DNA of 58,989 nucleotides, filler included, from Basidioascus undulatus (GCA_000826855.1; 8 parts of 8 records of this genome joined end to end with filler, not necessarily neighbours in it); one strand, 5' to 3'; counted from the whole stretch's first letter, positions 1 through 12,821 are shown. Numbers and translations: made by a program. Notes: a model not told the origin generated them from the letters alone.

Positions 1-314
1 CCCCCGCCGCCACCCCCAAAGAGCTTGCTCGTCTTCCTGCCGATGCCCTTATTCTTTCCCTTGCCCTTGCCCTCTCCCCCACCGCCTTTGAGCGTCTCCT
101 CCTGCTCATCCCCGTCCGTCCCCTCGGGCAGCGCACCAAACTCGCCCGGCACCGCCTCGACGGCGGGCGAGTGCTTGGACCCGCGCCGGCTGCTCAGCAT
201 GCGGTGCAGCTTCGAGCTCGAGCCCGAGCTGCTAGAGGGTGGAGACCCGACGGCGAAGGAGTTGTACGACGATGGAGGCGGCGGCGGCGCGGAGGGTCGC
301 CGGTGGCTGGGCAT
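1..314 (-). CDS. N-terminus of a hypothetical protein, running off the window start
   Basis: ATG at 314 in a GCCGCCATG context; open frame MPSHRRPSAPPPPPSSYNSF...KGIGRKTSKLFGGGG to position 1. Confidence 0.5.
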   Translation of the reverse strand, partial: MPSHRRPSAPPPPPSSYNSFAVGSPPSSSSGSSSKLHRMLSSRRGSKHSPAVEAVPGEFGALPEGTDGDEQEETLKGGGGEGKGKGKNKGIGRKTSKLFGGGGG

Positions 315-1019
315 GGCGGCCGGCGGACAGTCGGCGAGTTGTTCACTGGCGCATCAGCTTGAGCTGGGAGATCGGCCCGGTGTCAGTGAATGTCTCTTTC
401 GAATTTGAAGGTCAGTTTCACGGACTGTGAGGAGAGTTGTGAGCGTGGATGTGAACGTAGATGCGTAGAGCGGGAGATGGGCGTTGATAGAGGCAGCCAA
501 CAGGGTAGGGTCATCACCGCGCGACCACCGCGCAGCGCGCAACAAATGCGGATCTTCCGAGGAAGTTCCCTGGGCGTAGACATGCCACCGCGGCATTTGC
601 AGGCATCAAATTCGGCCGCCGTGGTGAGCTGAATAGAAAGACCTGCGCTGGATGAAGTGTGCAAAAGGGAAGTGGAGTCAGAGAGCGATAAATGATATGA
701 CCGCACGTCGACGCGAAATGGGCAGCCCGCGAATGTGACCGCTGTCAATCCACCGCCACGCAGAGAAAAGTAGGCACAGCGGTTGCACACTTATACACGT
801 GCTGCACCCGAGATGTAGAATCCTGGAGATTGACCACTGGCATCTCAATTCAGAAAGATCTGGTCAAACGCGGCGCACTGCGGCTAAGGAGAAGTGTCGT
901 GAACTGCATCAACACTTCTGGGACCCGCCGCTACTGTACACCCCATACAGAGTCTATCTGTGAGGTATGCATGAACATCGAAAGAAAAGTACACTCCCGA
1001 CGGCAGCTCCCATGTCCAA

Positions 1020-1430
1020 ACAGCTCCCTTTATGCGATCAACATCCAACAAGGTCTCGCGTCCGCCGCCGGCGGGCCACAATGGGCTCACTTCGGCGCAG
1101 CGCGGCCCTGATAAGTATATTCCGTCTCTCCTCCTCCTACCGCAACGCCTGTAAATATCGACAGTGAGCTCTGACCTGGTACCCCTCCACCCGCGCAAAT
1201 GACGGGTCGTTCGTCAGCGTCGCGCTTGCACCGGATTTCAGTATGTCTACCTCCCTCCAACAAGAAGGAAAAACCCTTTTAAGGAACTAATAACCAACCT
1301 CTGTTTCACAGAAGCATAACACCGTCCAACGGCAGTCGCGCTCTGGCAACCCCCCGGTAGCTCTCCAACAGCTGATGCTTCGGCGCCTTCCAAGCTGGCA
1401 CGGCGACACGGCTCTGGTTCTCAACAACTA
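1020..1430 (+). pseudogene. CalB-like lipase remnant, copy 1
   Basis: Reads LYAIN..GLASAAG, Q*ALTWYPSTRAN..ALAPDF and GDTALV. These match Candida antarctica lipase B (QWGLTFFPSIRS..FAPDY) and the copy at 4320-5660. The TWSQG motif is decayed and there is a TGA at 1165-1167. Confidence 0.65.
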
Positions 1431-2109
1431 GTTCCGTTTGAAACAATTTAAGTAGTTGTTTGTGTGCAGTTCCCGTCAAAGAAAAGGCACCAGGTGCTTT
1501 GTTCGAACGCAGGCGGCGGGGAGTCGACCCGACAGGTCGCCCTGTTCTGGACGGGGCTGCAAGCCTGCCGGCCTAGCATGGCTGTCCTGTTCGTCCGTGC
1601 CTTTCATGAAAATGGGTTCAGTATGGGAGAGGCTCAAACGGACTTTATTCAACGACAGGGCAAAGTCGTCCGTCATACCGGGGAACTGCACGACGGTCCG
1701 CACTCTCCCTCGGTACCTTCTGCTCACGCTGATTGTTCGAACGGGTGGGTTCATATGCAGCGTAAAAAGACAAGGATAATACATAACGTTTAGATGTTAC
1801 ACTCTTCGAGGCTGGTCCCTTGACCACAAACCACCCTCACACCCGAGCAACGCACCGCCATGGCAGTCCTGTCGACCTCCCAACGAACTTCTCGCCAAAA
1901 TTGACAATTGACCACCAGCGACTCAACACGGCATCGGGTCCTTCCCCACCGTCTTTTTTAGCTTTCCATCGTCTATCGCCGGCTGCACGCCCAAACGGAG
2001 CCCGTTCTGTATCGCTCGCCAACGTTCGGCCTTTAGGACGGATTCGATGGGCTTCCGCTCTACATGCTCGATCATCACCCGCCCTACTCTTGGGACCCAT
2101 GTCCGGCAC

Positions 2110-3030
2110 ATGAATGTTTATTGGTGGACCGACGACGGTGAGCATCACCCGCATGAGTCAATTGGGGACCTGGAGTGCCTCCTCAGTCGCAGGAGCTCGC
2201 GATTTCTCGAACTTCCTGAAATGTCCCTCCAAGCAAGTCCTCCTGCTTCTCGACTTCCTTTTGGCACTGGAGTCTTCCCATCTCGCTCCCTCTCAGGACG
2301 GAAGCCTTTTCTTTGACATCATGACGCGTGGCGGACTCGACGGCTCCCTGCCGCAGGGCCTGAAGTCGCTGCGCGTGCTGAGATTCGAGTGGGGAGACGA
2401 CCAATGAAACTTAAATATAGAGTACATCATACCGTGCTTTGCTTCCGCTCGCTCCGCTCGCTCACAGTGCACAAGTTGATGCAGACGTCTGGGAGTTCGA
2501 ATGACACGGCGCCGCCGCGCGCGGCTACTCGACCGTCACCGACCTGATCTTCCCGCGGAGTGCTATCAACACATCAGTCTTAGCAACTATTCTTGCCAGC
2601 CCATGTGCGCTGAGCCGCCTCGAGTATGGCTTCGTGCCGCCAAACCGCGACTTCGTCTTCGACGCGAGCCCGCTTGGCGAAGGACTCCGCAAGCACGCAC
2701 GGCTCTCCCTCACGCACCTCGTTATCTCGAGTGAACACCACCGAAACATCATAGGGAATCTCGGGTCTCTCCACAATTTTGAACAACTCAGCAGCATGGC
2801 CCTCCCACTCAGTCTGCTGTTGCGTCCACCGCCGTCTCGCCACAGGCTCGCGGACGTGTTTCCGCCCGTGCTCAAGTCCCTTAAACTCGAGTTCGACAAG
2901 TAGTGGCCGCTCGAGGCCTGCGGTGACGTGTTGGTTTAGCTCATTGATCTAAGCAAGTGTGGCAAGCATGCGCTCGAGGCGATCCACATGGTGGGGTACG
3001 AGATGGCCGGGCCTGTGGCGAGCGGCTGAA
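2110..3030 (+). pseudogene. Degenerate LRR/F-box-type protein, copy 1
   Basis: Fragments LKSLRVLRFEW, IGNLGSLHNFEQLSSMALPLSLLL and LADVFPPVLKSLKLEFDK*WPLEACGDVLV*LIDLSKCGKHALEAI, with in-frame stops. Paralogous to 5810-6077. Confidence 0.5.
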
Positions 3031-4319
3031 CGGAGAATGCAAAGCGGCGGGAGTGTTGCTTCGTTTTTTTCCAGGCATAGAGGAGATATGCGGGTTCGGT
3101 TAAAATTGTTTCGAAGTTCTTGCGCTTGGAACACCTGTCGAATGAATCTTACACCTGTTTAAGAACTGAGTATGTCTCGCCAGTGCAACCGCCCCTTTGC
3201 GCTGTAAATATCGGCGCTGGGGAGCACGATCTCAAACTTCTCCTTCACAAGAACCTAATCCGAACGGTAACTTAGTGGAGTGTATACAAACTGAGAGAAT
3301 GTAGCAGCTCGAGGGGTGCCCGCTTCAGTCTCTCTTCACCCGAGCCTCACAGAGATACAACCAACGTTTATAACGGCAACGATTATCTGTTTTCCTCCCT
3401 GAAATGAATACTACATGGTTCCTTAGGCCACTATTTGGTCTTCTGTACCGCCCACCACTTGTGGGATGCAACCACAGACGAACCAGGATCAATTGCGTCC
3501 TGCTTCATAGCGGAAAGTCACCCTTTTGGGGTGATTGTCCCGGTCAATCCTAGGTAGTCCGTCGCGCAATTTAATTCTGTCCAATAACACTCCCCAGTAG
3601 ACTGTTCAAAAACAAGGGATAGTCCATGAATCGTTTAAGCTATTTTGAGAATTGAACCGGATTATCTGAGACTGTCCCCCAAAAAGGCCCTTTCTTCGCT
3701 ATGGTCCTGCCGTCGCGTGCCAAGTAGCCAAGGTATGAGTAATATGTATGCGGCTCCAATATCACTCCTGGAAAGCCGGTGAGGTTTCGAAGGCAGTATT
3801 TCCTAAGACCTGCAGCCGGCGGCACATCCATGATCAACGAGATGTTTTGCTGTTATGATTTACATTGGACGCAAGTTCATTGTCCCTGTCAAAAGTTCAG
3901 AGGTCTTCCATGTCCCCTTTTCTCTATTCAAACCCAGAACTAATCAACGGTCTTCCGCTCATCCTTGCGGATCCCAAAAGGGTCATCCACTCATCCTTTC
4001 GGTTGTCTTCGCTGTACATTAGATATTTCCAGTTCCAGAACTCAGCGTATAAAGACTATTTTGAAAAGAAATACAGTGCGGTTAATGTTTCTACCTGCGC
4101 CCCCGCACCGCAACGGCGGAGACAAGCGAACTGCCGTTGTGCGCCGTTGGTAGGTTCGCCGCCTCTGCTCCCGAAGGACTCAGCGCAGCCTCCCTTGAAG
4201 CGCTTCGCATTTTGGATCGGGCGCTGTGATGCCCACGTTCATCCGGATGCTATGCGAAAGGCGCGCCGGAATCTCCAACACATACAATGTATCGCCCGGA
4301 GAATGATGAGAGCCTCGAG

Positions 4320-5660
4320 ATGCGCTTCCTTCTCACTCTCACTGCCACGGCTACCGTCGCTGCAGGGCTTGTTTGGGATCGTCAGGTAGCTGGGGACCCC
4401 GAGTTTACACTCGAAGACGGTCAACTTGCTTCGGTTCTCGGTTGTCAAGGAACTTCGCCGGACAGCGGTGAGTGCTGAGCTTTTGTTCTGCTGGGACGAG
4501 CGCGCAGGCTGATCGAAGGCTGCCTGCAGTCACAAACCCCCTTGTGCTCGTTCCGATGAGTTTGACCGCAGTATTCACTACCATCCTCCTGTACCTCATT
4601 TCGTACCTCTACCCACACCCAGGGCACCGGTTCAAACGGCGCCGACTCTTTCGAAGCTGGGTGGGTGAAGCGTGCGCCCGAGCTGGGTTCGAGCCGTCCA
4701 CCGCCTCGCCGCCGCCGTACATGTGAGTCTTACCCACCATTTGGCATACCGCCACTTGCCTTCGTCATATGTCACTAAATGGACGGAGCAGGCTCGGCGA
4801 TATCAACGCGGAGTACATCGTCTACGCGATCAACAGGCTCGCGTCCGCCGCCGGCGAGGCCGTCAAGGTCCGTACTTGGTCGCAGGGCGGACTGGGTATA
4901 TGTCTTTTGTATGTCTTTTAGAGCCATCCGGTGCTAAAGAGAATTGCTTCCGGCCACGCGTGAGCGCTGACCTGGTACCTTTCGACCCGTTCGAACCGTT
5001 CGTCGCAGCAGTTCTCGACCAGCCGCTTCATCGCCGCGCTCGCTGCTGGCGGCTGGGACAAGGCGCTGGTGCCTACTACCACCGTAGCTCTAGGGATGAC
5101 GGGTGATTTTTCTCCCCTTTGTACAGTGTTCTGGAAGCGTGCTGATCAAACGCGTGCAACAGGTGGTCAATCCGGTAGACAGCGCGGTGCTGGAGGGCGC
5201 TGCGAACGTGTTGGTGCAGGTTTACTGCCCTGTTCGTCAAGCATTTTCCCATAAAGGATTCTTGGCGGAAAGTCTGAACAGGATTGGTGAATACAGGACA
5301 AAGTTGTCCGCCACGCCAGCCAACGGCACGACGGTCCGCGCCGTCTTCTTCGTCTCTTTTTCCGTTGCACTGCCCGCGTGAACGGACAGGCTTCGTTTAC
5401 AACGTCGCAAAGGGTGGGTAAGATCCTTATCATATACTACCGTCACATCGACCCTTCAGACTGAACTCCAACTCCCCCGAACACGGCGGTCTCCTCTCTT
5501 CCGCCGGCCGCGCCGACCCCAGCGACATCCCAGTCTCCAACAGCACGCTGTGCGAGGGCTCCACCTCCGGCCTCACTGCGGACGACGTGCAGGAGCTCGA
5601 AGCGGCCTCTACCAAGGCTGATCGCGATTATCTCCATCCGGAACATCTCCGTGACGGAGG
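4320..5660 (+). pseudogene. CalB-like secreted lipase, copy 2 (disrupted)
   Basis: Signal peptide MRFLLTLTATATVAAG, then GDPEFT..LGCQGTSP, NPLVLVP, GTG, SPPPYM, NAEYIVYAIN, the nucleophile motif TWSQGG (4874-4891), LVPTTT and VQVYCP..FSHKG, all collinear with CalB. There is a TGA at 4961-4963, a damaged acceptor, and the APDxxGT segment is missing. Confidence 0.8.
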
Positions 5661-5809
5661 GGCCGGCTCTGCGGGACTTCGCTGTGCTGTACTAGGCTGG
5701 ATGCTGGGGGTTCAATGCGCTGTGCGCTTGGCAGTCTGCAGCGGCGTTGCCGACAACGTCATTACAGGCACGCGCGGGTCGTTGCAAATAAAACCAAGCT
5801 CAGCAGCGT

Positions 5810-6077
5810 GGGCGTACACCTCAGTCTTCTGCTGGGCCCGTCTCCGTCTTCTCTCAGGCTCCTGGACATCCTTGTGCCTGCGCTCATCTCCCTCGGGCTT
5901 GGGCTCGACGAGGACTGGACGCTCGAGGCGTGCGGGGACGCGTTAGTGGAGCTTTTTGACTTGAAAAAGTCGCGCAAGTATGCTCTCGAAGCCATCGAGG
6001 TATGGGGACATGAGGCTGCCGGACCTGCGGCGAAACGGCTGAGCGTTGCTGGCAAGGCTGCGGGCGTGCAGTTATGA
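5810..6077 (+). pseudogene. C-terminal remnant of LRR/F-box-type protein, copy 2
   Basis: LLDILVPALISLGLGLDEDWTLEACGDALVELFDLKKSRKYALEAIEVWGHEAAGP aligns with 2845-3030; the N-terminal part is absent. Confidence 0.55.
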
Positions 6078-6456
6078 GGTGTTCCGGTATGAGGAGGCTC
6101 GTGACGAGGAGTCCAGTCACGGTACGAGTGGATGAAAGCAGGCGGTCTTGGTTCTGCTGGGTTTCAAACATCTTGGAAACTTGAAGACGTGCTGCATGAA
6201 CACTTGCTGTTTGCGAAGAACTGATGTGTGTCCCATGTCTGTTTTGAGTGCTGTTGCAATCCTTCCAAGTCGGGTCCAAGAGCCCGTCTAGACGTTTGCA
6301 CCAGAGTACGAGTAAGCAACACCGTAAGCTTTCATTATTGATGACAGTGCTGTCGTCGTACACGACTCCACTACCCGGCTGGCTACCCGGCTGGCTCCCC
6401 TAAGACACGATTTCAGGGAAGAATTGCACATATATTATGAATGAACCCCTCATGAA

Positions 6457-7304
6457 TTACTGCCTCCCCACAAAAGGCTGAGAATAGGGCACGCCCCCAT
6501 ACGCGCCTCCCGAAACAGGTGCGTAGCCTGGAGTGGCCGGGGCCTGCTGCAGCGGGACTGCGTATCCCTGCTCTGCGGAGCTCTCGAGAGACTTCTTGGG
6601 GGAGAGCTCCTCGTGCTGCCCGATGTTGAAGAGGGTAACGAGGTTGGGGAGGATGAAGAGGGCGGCGACGATCCTGTTAGAGTCGGTTCAGCGTTTAGAA
6701 ATATGGGGCAGAAACGCTGCGGGGGGCGGGGGAAGGGCGCACCATTCAGGGAGGGCCAGGAGCACGTAAAAGACTGACTTCTTGTTGACTGCCGCAGTGC
6801 TATCGTGAGTGACAGCTTGAGCCTATGCGGGCGTATATCAAGTCCGCAGTGAGTTCCAGCTCGATCGTGAGATGCTAGTCCTTGCGTGCAAGAAAGCATC
6901 CTACCAGCTTGAAAGCAACCACGACCGCCAGCCCTGCGACGACGGCCACAAGCAGCCCGAGCTGATTCGTCGCCGCGCCGAACTTGGACATGAGGAGGAA
7001 GAGGACCGCTGCGGAGGTGGCGACGATTGCGACGCCGAGCACGGACGAGGCAGTGCGCATCGTCTTGACTTCGTCCGACTTGCCCGGCTTCCCGATGTTG
7101 GTAGCGGCGACAATGCTGAGTACAATGACGGTAATGATGAGGATCCGCACGACCAGGAGGAGTTGGGAGAGGCGCTGCTCCGAGGGCGCGTGTGCGGTTA
7201 CGAGCTCTTTGAGGAGCGCGACGAGAGGGTCGCACTGTTGAGGTGCCATGCACGGTGGGCAGTCAGAAATGGTGGGGGGCGCGGCGGGCGCGGGGGGGTC
7301 GTCG
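6457..7304 (-). CDS. Fungal multi-pass membrane protein, 5'-partial, at least 3 exons
   Basis: Hydrophobic helices (LLLVVRILIITVIVLSIVAA; LGLLVAVVAGLAVVVAFKL), then KSVFYVLLALPEW / IVAALFILPNL. GT-AG introns; stop TAA at 6457-6459. Confidence 0.7.
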
Positions 7305-7404
7305 NNNNNNNNNNNNNNNNNNNNNNNNNNNNNNNNNNNNNNNNNNNNTTAATTAATTAANNNNNNNNNNNNNNNNNNNNNNNNNNNNNNNNNNNNNNNN
7401 NNNN
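7305..7404. other. Artificial contig linker
   Basis: N44-TTAATTAATTAA-N44 (stops in all six frames). Confidence 0.98.
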
Positions 7405-8745
7405 CCCCACCCAAAAGCCGTCTCCGTTCGTTCACCGCCTTGTGCGGCGCGTCGCCCCCCCCCCTTGCGTGCCGGTAGAAGACGTAGTGCTGGAGGATGA
7501 AGATGATGTCGAAGAAGAGGCTGACGACGGAGAGGCCACTGGTTTGTACATGAAGTGAGCGGGAATGTGAGATTGGGAAGAGAATGGTGAAAGGAGAGGG
7601 GAGGAGGAGGAGGTGATGGGGGACGGGAAGGGTGACGGACAACTTGATTGGGTTCCCGGTGATGCCGGACCAGTCCTTGGAGAGGGAGGAGTCGAGGAGG
7701 AGTTGGATCCTGTTTTCAAGCCGGATATGAGCATCAAGGAGAAGCGGGAGGAAGGCGTGGAGTCGCACAAGGATAACAGGCCGCCAGTGAAGTCCTTTGG
7801 CCACGGTCAGTTTCATCAGCCGGAGGATCGGCGGGAGGAGGCGGAGAAGCAGGGCACGCACGAGCAGGATGTTAACGATCGACCACCCCACCGTGCTCTT
7901 CCGCGCGTAGTTCAAGTACATCTGCGCCCCCCCCTTTCAGCCTCTCGGAGCCGGAACGCCCTTCTGCGCGCCCCTCACCTGTGGCACGTACTGTTCCGCC
8001 CGTCTGCTCAGCGGCCGGCGCAACGGGAAGGGAGGTGGGAGGCAGGTACCGGACGCACACCGGACGCACCTTGCTAACAGTGATGTACAGCTTGAAATAA
8101 GACAGCGCATAAAGCAAGTCGATCACCTGCGTGTCGCCGAACGCGGTGGACGCGGCGATAACGGCGAGGACGATTCCGACGCCGGTGAGGACGTAGCGGT
8201 TCCACTGGGAGAGGTGCTGCCCGGAAGCGCGCTGAATCCATCATCCATCCCTCATATAAGCACCCAACCACCCTCCCGAACAACAGAAAGGCGAACGGGA
8301 TAGCAGAACGTCTGTCCGAGGCTGATGGACGAGAGGAGCAGCGCCTGTTTCCCCGCCGGGTGGTTAAAAGCTAGTATGGGATTTGGGAAGGGTGACCCAC
8401 ATGCACCGCAAACGCCACGTCATTAGGCTGGACGGTGTTATCCTTCCCGCCATGCCGCTCCCTATACTGCCGCTTCACTCGCTCGCTCGCAAAGAAGCCG
8501 ACGCTGTAGATGCTCAAGGACAGGAAGCCGAGGACGTTGAGCGTTGCGAAGTCGATCGAGAAGCCGTCGACCCTAACCGATTAATCCCCTCCTCCTAAGC
8601 AAACTTGATCCATGGGGAAAGAGGATGCGAGAGGACCGGACCGTTTGCGGCGGTAGTTGAGCAGGACCTGCGGGTAGAAGGAGATCGACCACGCGGCGAA
8701 GTAGACCCAGCCGATGAACGAGGAGAAGGTAGCGAGGCCGCTCAT
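7405..8745 (-). CDS. ERS1: Cystinosin-like PQ-loop vacuolar cystine transporter, multi-exon, 3' end in the gap
   Basis: [104 protein letters not shown]. Confidence 0.92.
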
Positions 8746-8990
8746 TTTCGAGCGGAGGGTCAGCGAGAATTGAAAGAGATGAAGATGGTGGTTGATGAAG
8801 AAGAAGGTGGTTTAAGAAGCAGTGGGCGACAAGGTGAGATCGCGGAGGAGGAGCACGTCATGTCCCCCCGGGCACTGCAGTCGCACGCGCGGGGGACGCG
8901 ACGCGGCTGGCCTTCTGGCTTCTTGCTGCTTGCCCACTCTCTGTCGACTGTCTGTCCATCAACGCACAGCATACACGAAACTGTTCAGAG

Positions 8991-10277
8991 ATGCTGGTGA
9001 CCTACCTCTCCAAACCCGCCGACGGCGACCTGGCGTCGAAGTGCGCTCAGGCTATCCCGTTCCTACGCCGGGGACGATGAGGTCCTCGTCCGGAACGTCG
9101 CGGTCGCGAGCAACCCCAAGGTAAGGCCGTTCTCCATGCCTAACCTCGGGAGGTTTGAGTAGTTCTGAATGGTTCTATATGTGGGGGGACAGGATTGGAA
9201 GATGCCGCTGTTTGTGGAAGGGTGGGAGGGGGTGGAGGGTGCGTCTTCCTCCTCGTCTCCCGTTTCACGTCCTCATTGTCTCACGCCCCACACAGGCAAC
9301 GACATTGCGGGCTACGTCGAAGCAGTCGGGTCGAACGTGACCTCTTTCAAGCCTGGCGACCGGGTGCGTCTCCTCCCTCCCCACCCGCTCTCCCCACGCA
9401 CCTCATCCCCTTCCCATTCCAACAGGTAGAAGCCTTCACCCGCACGCGCCACGCCCCCTCACACGGAGTGTACGCCGAACTGACCCTCGCGCCGCCGTCG
9501 ACCACCTTCCTGCTCGGCCCGAACACGCTATTCGACAATGCGCCCACGCTCCCGCTCCCGCTGGGCACGGCCGTCGTGGGGCTGTTCCAGTAGCTGGGGG
9601 TGCCTGAGCCGCTGGGCAGGAAGTGGGGAAGAAGGGGGGAGAGGGGAACGAGAGGGACGTGATTGTCGTATGGGGCGCAGGGGGATCGCTGGGCAGTTAT
9701 GTGGTGCAGCTGGCCAAGAGGGCTGGCCTGTTCGTGTACATTCGTCTGCTGTCTTCCCTCCCCTTGGCCGCACGCGCTGACCACTGTGTATACGAAACAA
9801 TCAGGTATCGGCATAGCGGACTCCTCCACCCCCCTCGCCCTATGCCTAGGCGCAGACGTCGTCCTCGACCGCGCCTCGCCCTCCCTCTCCACCCAAATCC
9901 TTTCCTCCTCCCCCCGCCCCCCAAATACGCCTTCGACACCGTCTCCTCTCGCCTTATCAGCTCGACCCTCCTCTCTGTCCTCTCCGCCTCCCCAACAGGC
10001 GGGCGCCTAACCACCGTTCTCGGCCAGCCCCCGACGGACCTCCCCGCGCGCGTGACCGCGACGCGCACGTTTGCGGGGGCCGTGGTGGGGCGGTGGTACG
10101 CTATTGTGGGGGGTGGGTGGAGCGGGGGGAGTTTGAGACGAATCGGGTGTGCGTGGTGAGAGGCGGGCTGAGGGGCCTAGAGGAGGACTGGGAAGGCTGA
10201 GGAGGGGGGAGGTGAGCGGGGAGAAATTGGTTTATTTGGTGGAGGAGACGGAGGGGAGGAAGGAGGGTGGTGCTTGA
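8991..10277 (+). pseudogene. MDR-family (zinc-binding dehydrogenase / enoyl-reductase-like) oxidoreductase, disrupted
   Basis: DEVLVRNVAVASNPK-DWK; NDIAGYVEAVGSNVTSFKPGDRV; VVWGAGGSLGSYVVQLAK; GADVVLD; KYAFDTVS; GEKLVY. In-frame TAG at 9591-9593 and several frame changes. Confidence 0.75.
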
Positions 10278-12215
10278 GAGGAAGGGGCAGTTTTTGGTGT
10301 GGGATATCTTTATTATTCGGGTTAGAGCTGTAGGGTTGATTGTGTGGCGATACACACTCCTATGCGGCCAGCAGCTGCCGTCGCTCTCACGCTCTCGTCT
10401 TTGTTGCACTGCACACTTCAACCCTCCCGCTGACGCTCTTGGACTGCTATGCACCATGCGTCGACTGCATGAGGTCAATTCTCTGCGCGGATCATCCGCG
10501 GAAAGACTGGCGACGACGACGGTCCAAGCTGGCTCACCGTCCGAGTCCCTTTGTCTCCTGCTTCGCACTGCTACTAATCCCAGCTTGCCGCACCACATCA
10601 GCCCACCATGGCACTTCACACAATTCGACACCTCGTTCTCAAACAATCAAGTCTCTTTAGCGGTCCGCCCTCGTTCGGGGGTTGCGTGCGTCGATTCCAT
10701 TCGAATTGGTCTGCATCCTCCATTTAGAGGTCGGCTGCAGCCGCAGCCGCCTCGTCACCCGACGACAAACCGTTCCCGTGGGCGCAACAGGCTGCGAGAC
10801 GAGCGGATTATTCTGCTATAAGCTGTCTCGGATAAATCGGTGGTCCTGACTGCCTCCGAGTCTCATCTTGCAACCAACGAGTAGCGTGCGTTCAAGCACT
10901 GGCGCACAATGAGCAGGTGTGACCCTCCCCCCCTTCTCTGTGGGCCCCAGGCCTGCTTACTGTAAGTCATATCTGTCTTCTCATCGATCCCCCTTTCCTC
11001 ATGTTGCCGTATGTACTTAGGAGACCAAGAGCCTCTTCGCCCGCCGCGTGTCCGCAGCAAGGCGCGGGGTCGCCCTCGACTCACGCTCAGGTCCTGGTGT
11101 GTCTCCGAGTTGATGCGCTTGATCACTGCGAGCGGGGTGCGGGCGATCGCGATGACGGTGTGTAGGGGGCCCTTTCTTCTCATGTCTCATCCCTTGACTT
11201 CGTCCAATACGCATCTATATGTCGATTAGCGCATCTATATGGCGATCCGTTAGACCTGACACAATTCTGGCGGGGCAGGCAAAAGGCACGCCCCGTAAAC
11301 AGTTGCCACGCGCATTCACGAAGATCCGGAAAGGTTTTCCCATACTGGTTTTTGCTGATCATATACCTGCATTTCCGTACTGTTATGGTACTAATGCAAG
11401 TCGGGCGCCGGAACGAGTAGGACCCTCCAGCGTATCTTGCGAAGCACGAGCCTGGAGCTGATCCGGTGGGAGCCGGAATGGAGCGCCGAGCTTCAGCGAG
11501 TGCGGGAGTTGTCCGGGGGCAGAAGCGATGTCTTGGGTGGCGTTCCCACTGGGGTGCTGGTAGATCTTGCGCATGCGTCGCCGCACAAGAAGCTGCAGAC
11601 CGTTGGACCGGAGCGGGAGAAGCCATAGATTCATCGTCACGCTGACCCCTTTTGTCGTGTCTGTCGCCGCTGCGGTCATCATCTTTGCCTGCTGCTCACT
11701 GTCTGACCTGCTAAACTCTTCAAAAGGGGTTCGGATGATCTAGATGTGGCCTGGGGATATCGCACAACTGATTCTTCATGACGCGACCGATGCTGCCCCC
11801 TGGCGATCGTGTTCATGAGACAGCGGGACGCGCAGGAGCTCGCCTTCGGAAAGTCTGGCGGCGGCGGGAGACAGACGGGGCAGGGGACAGTGAGTATTGC
11901 GCGTCGGGCAGAGGGAGGGCGAGTGGGAGGGGACCAGTGGTGATTTGACGGAAGGGAAGAATGGTCGTGAATGGGAAGCGAAGGTAAGGGTGGGTGAGCG
12001 TAGCGTGCAAGGGTCGAAGCCGCTGCAAGCACGCAGCGTGCAAAGCCGATGCCCGCACGATCAGCGACGCTGTGCGGCAATAGAAGCACCCCAATCGAGC
12101 CCTTCAAGACAATACTCATTCAAGACTTGCGCACCAAGCTCGTACATCAACCCTAAATCTAGAAGTACAGGTTACACACCCTCCCCTCCCACCGCGCTCT
12201 CCCAGAACCCATCAT

Positions 12216-12606
12216 CTAGTATGGCTTGCGCGGCAGCTGGGTAGGCAGGATCCCGAAGCGGCGCTTGATCGTGACGCTGTACCACCCACACCCAGCATCA
12301 GTGCCCCGAACGAAACTACGGGAAAGTCCGAAGTGATCCGGCGCGAAACGGGACTCACCGGTGGCGCGAGAACTTGTCGTCCGGGGAGAAGCGCGCGGGG
12401 TGGGCCGACTTGGTCGGGACGCCGGCCTCGGTAACCTTCTGCTCAAGCCCAGACATGGATAAACGGGATCAGCGGGAGGTTCAGGAGGTAAGAAGGGAGG
12501 GGGGCCGGCGATCGGGGTGGGGGGGAGGGGAGGGAAGGCGCGCAAGCCGGACCTTGAGCGAGTAGATGCGGTTGCCCTCCGCATCGAGAGTGTACATCAA
12601 GTGCAT
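12216..12606 (-). CDS. NOP10: H/ACA snoRNP subunit Nop10, 64 aa; exons 12606-12553, 12438-12359, 12276-12216
   Basis: Spliced product [64 protein letters not shown]; canonical GT-AG introns. Confidence 0.96.
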
Positions 12607-12821
12607 TTTGGGCAGAAAGTGCGGGGAGTGAGAGAATGTGGAGGATGAGGTGAGGTGGGTGAAGGGAGAAGGCGAAGCGGCATCTGCAATTTGGGTCTTG
12701 CCTCGCTCCTCTGAATTCTCCTTCCCCCCGATAGGCCCCTTCCCCTGCCCACCAAATGCCGATGCTTACCCGGGCGTCTTCTCGCTTCCTCCTACCCTTC
12801 ACCCTCAACCCAATACGCGCG

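Noticed and set aside
6372..6397. Short tandem duplications here and at about 30850-30879
   Set aside because: Two-copy slippage events with no further structure.
7349..7360. TTAATTAATTAA recurring every ~7.4 kb as a biological repeat
   Set aside because: It is always flanked by exactly 44 N on each side, so it is an artificial linker.
10860..11830. Overlapping minus-strand ORFs, possibly a decayed gene
   Set aside because: No recognisable domain or consistent frame.
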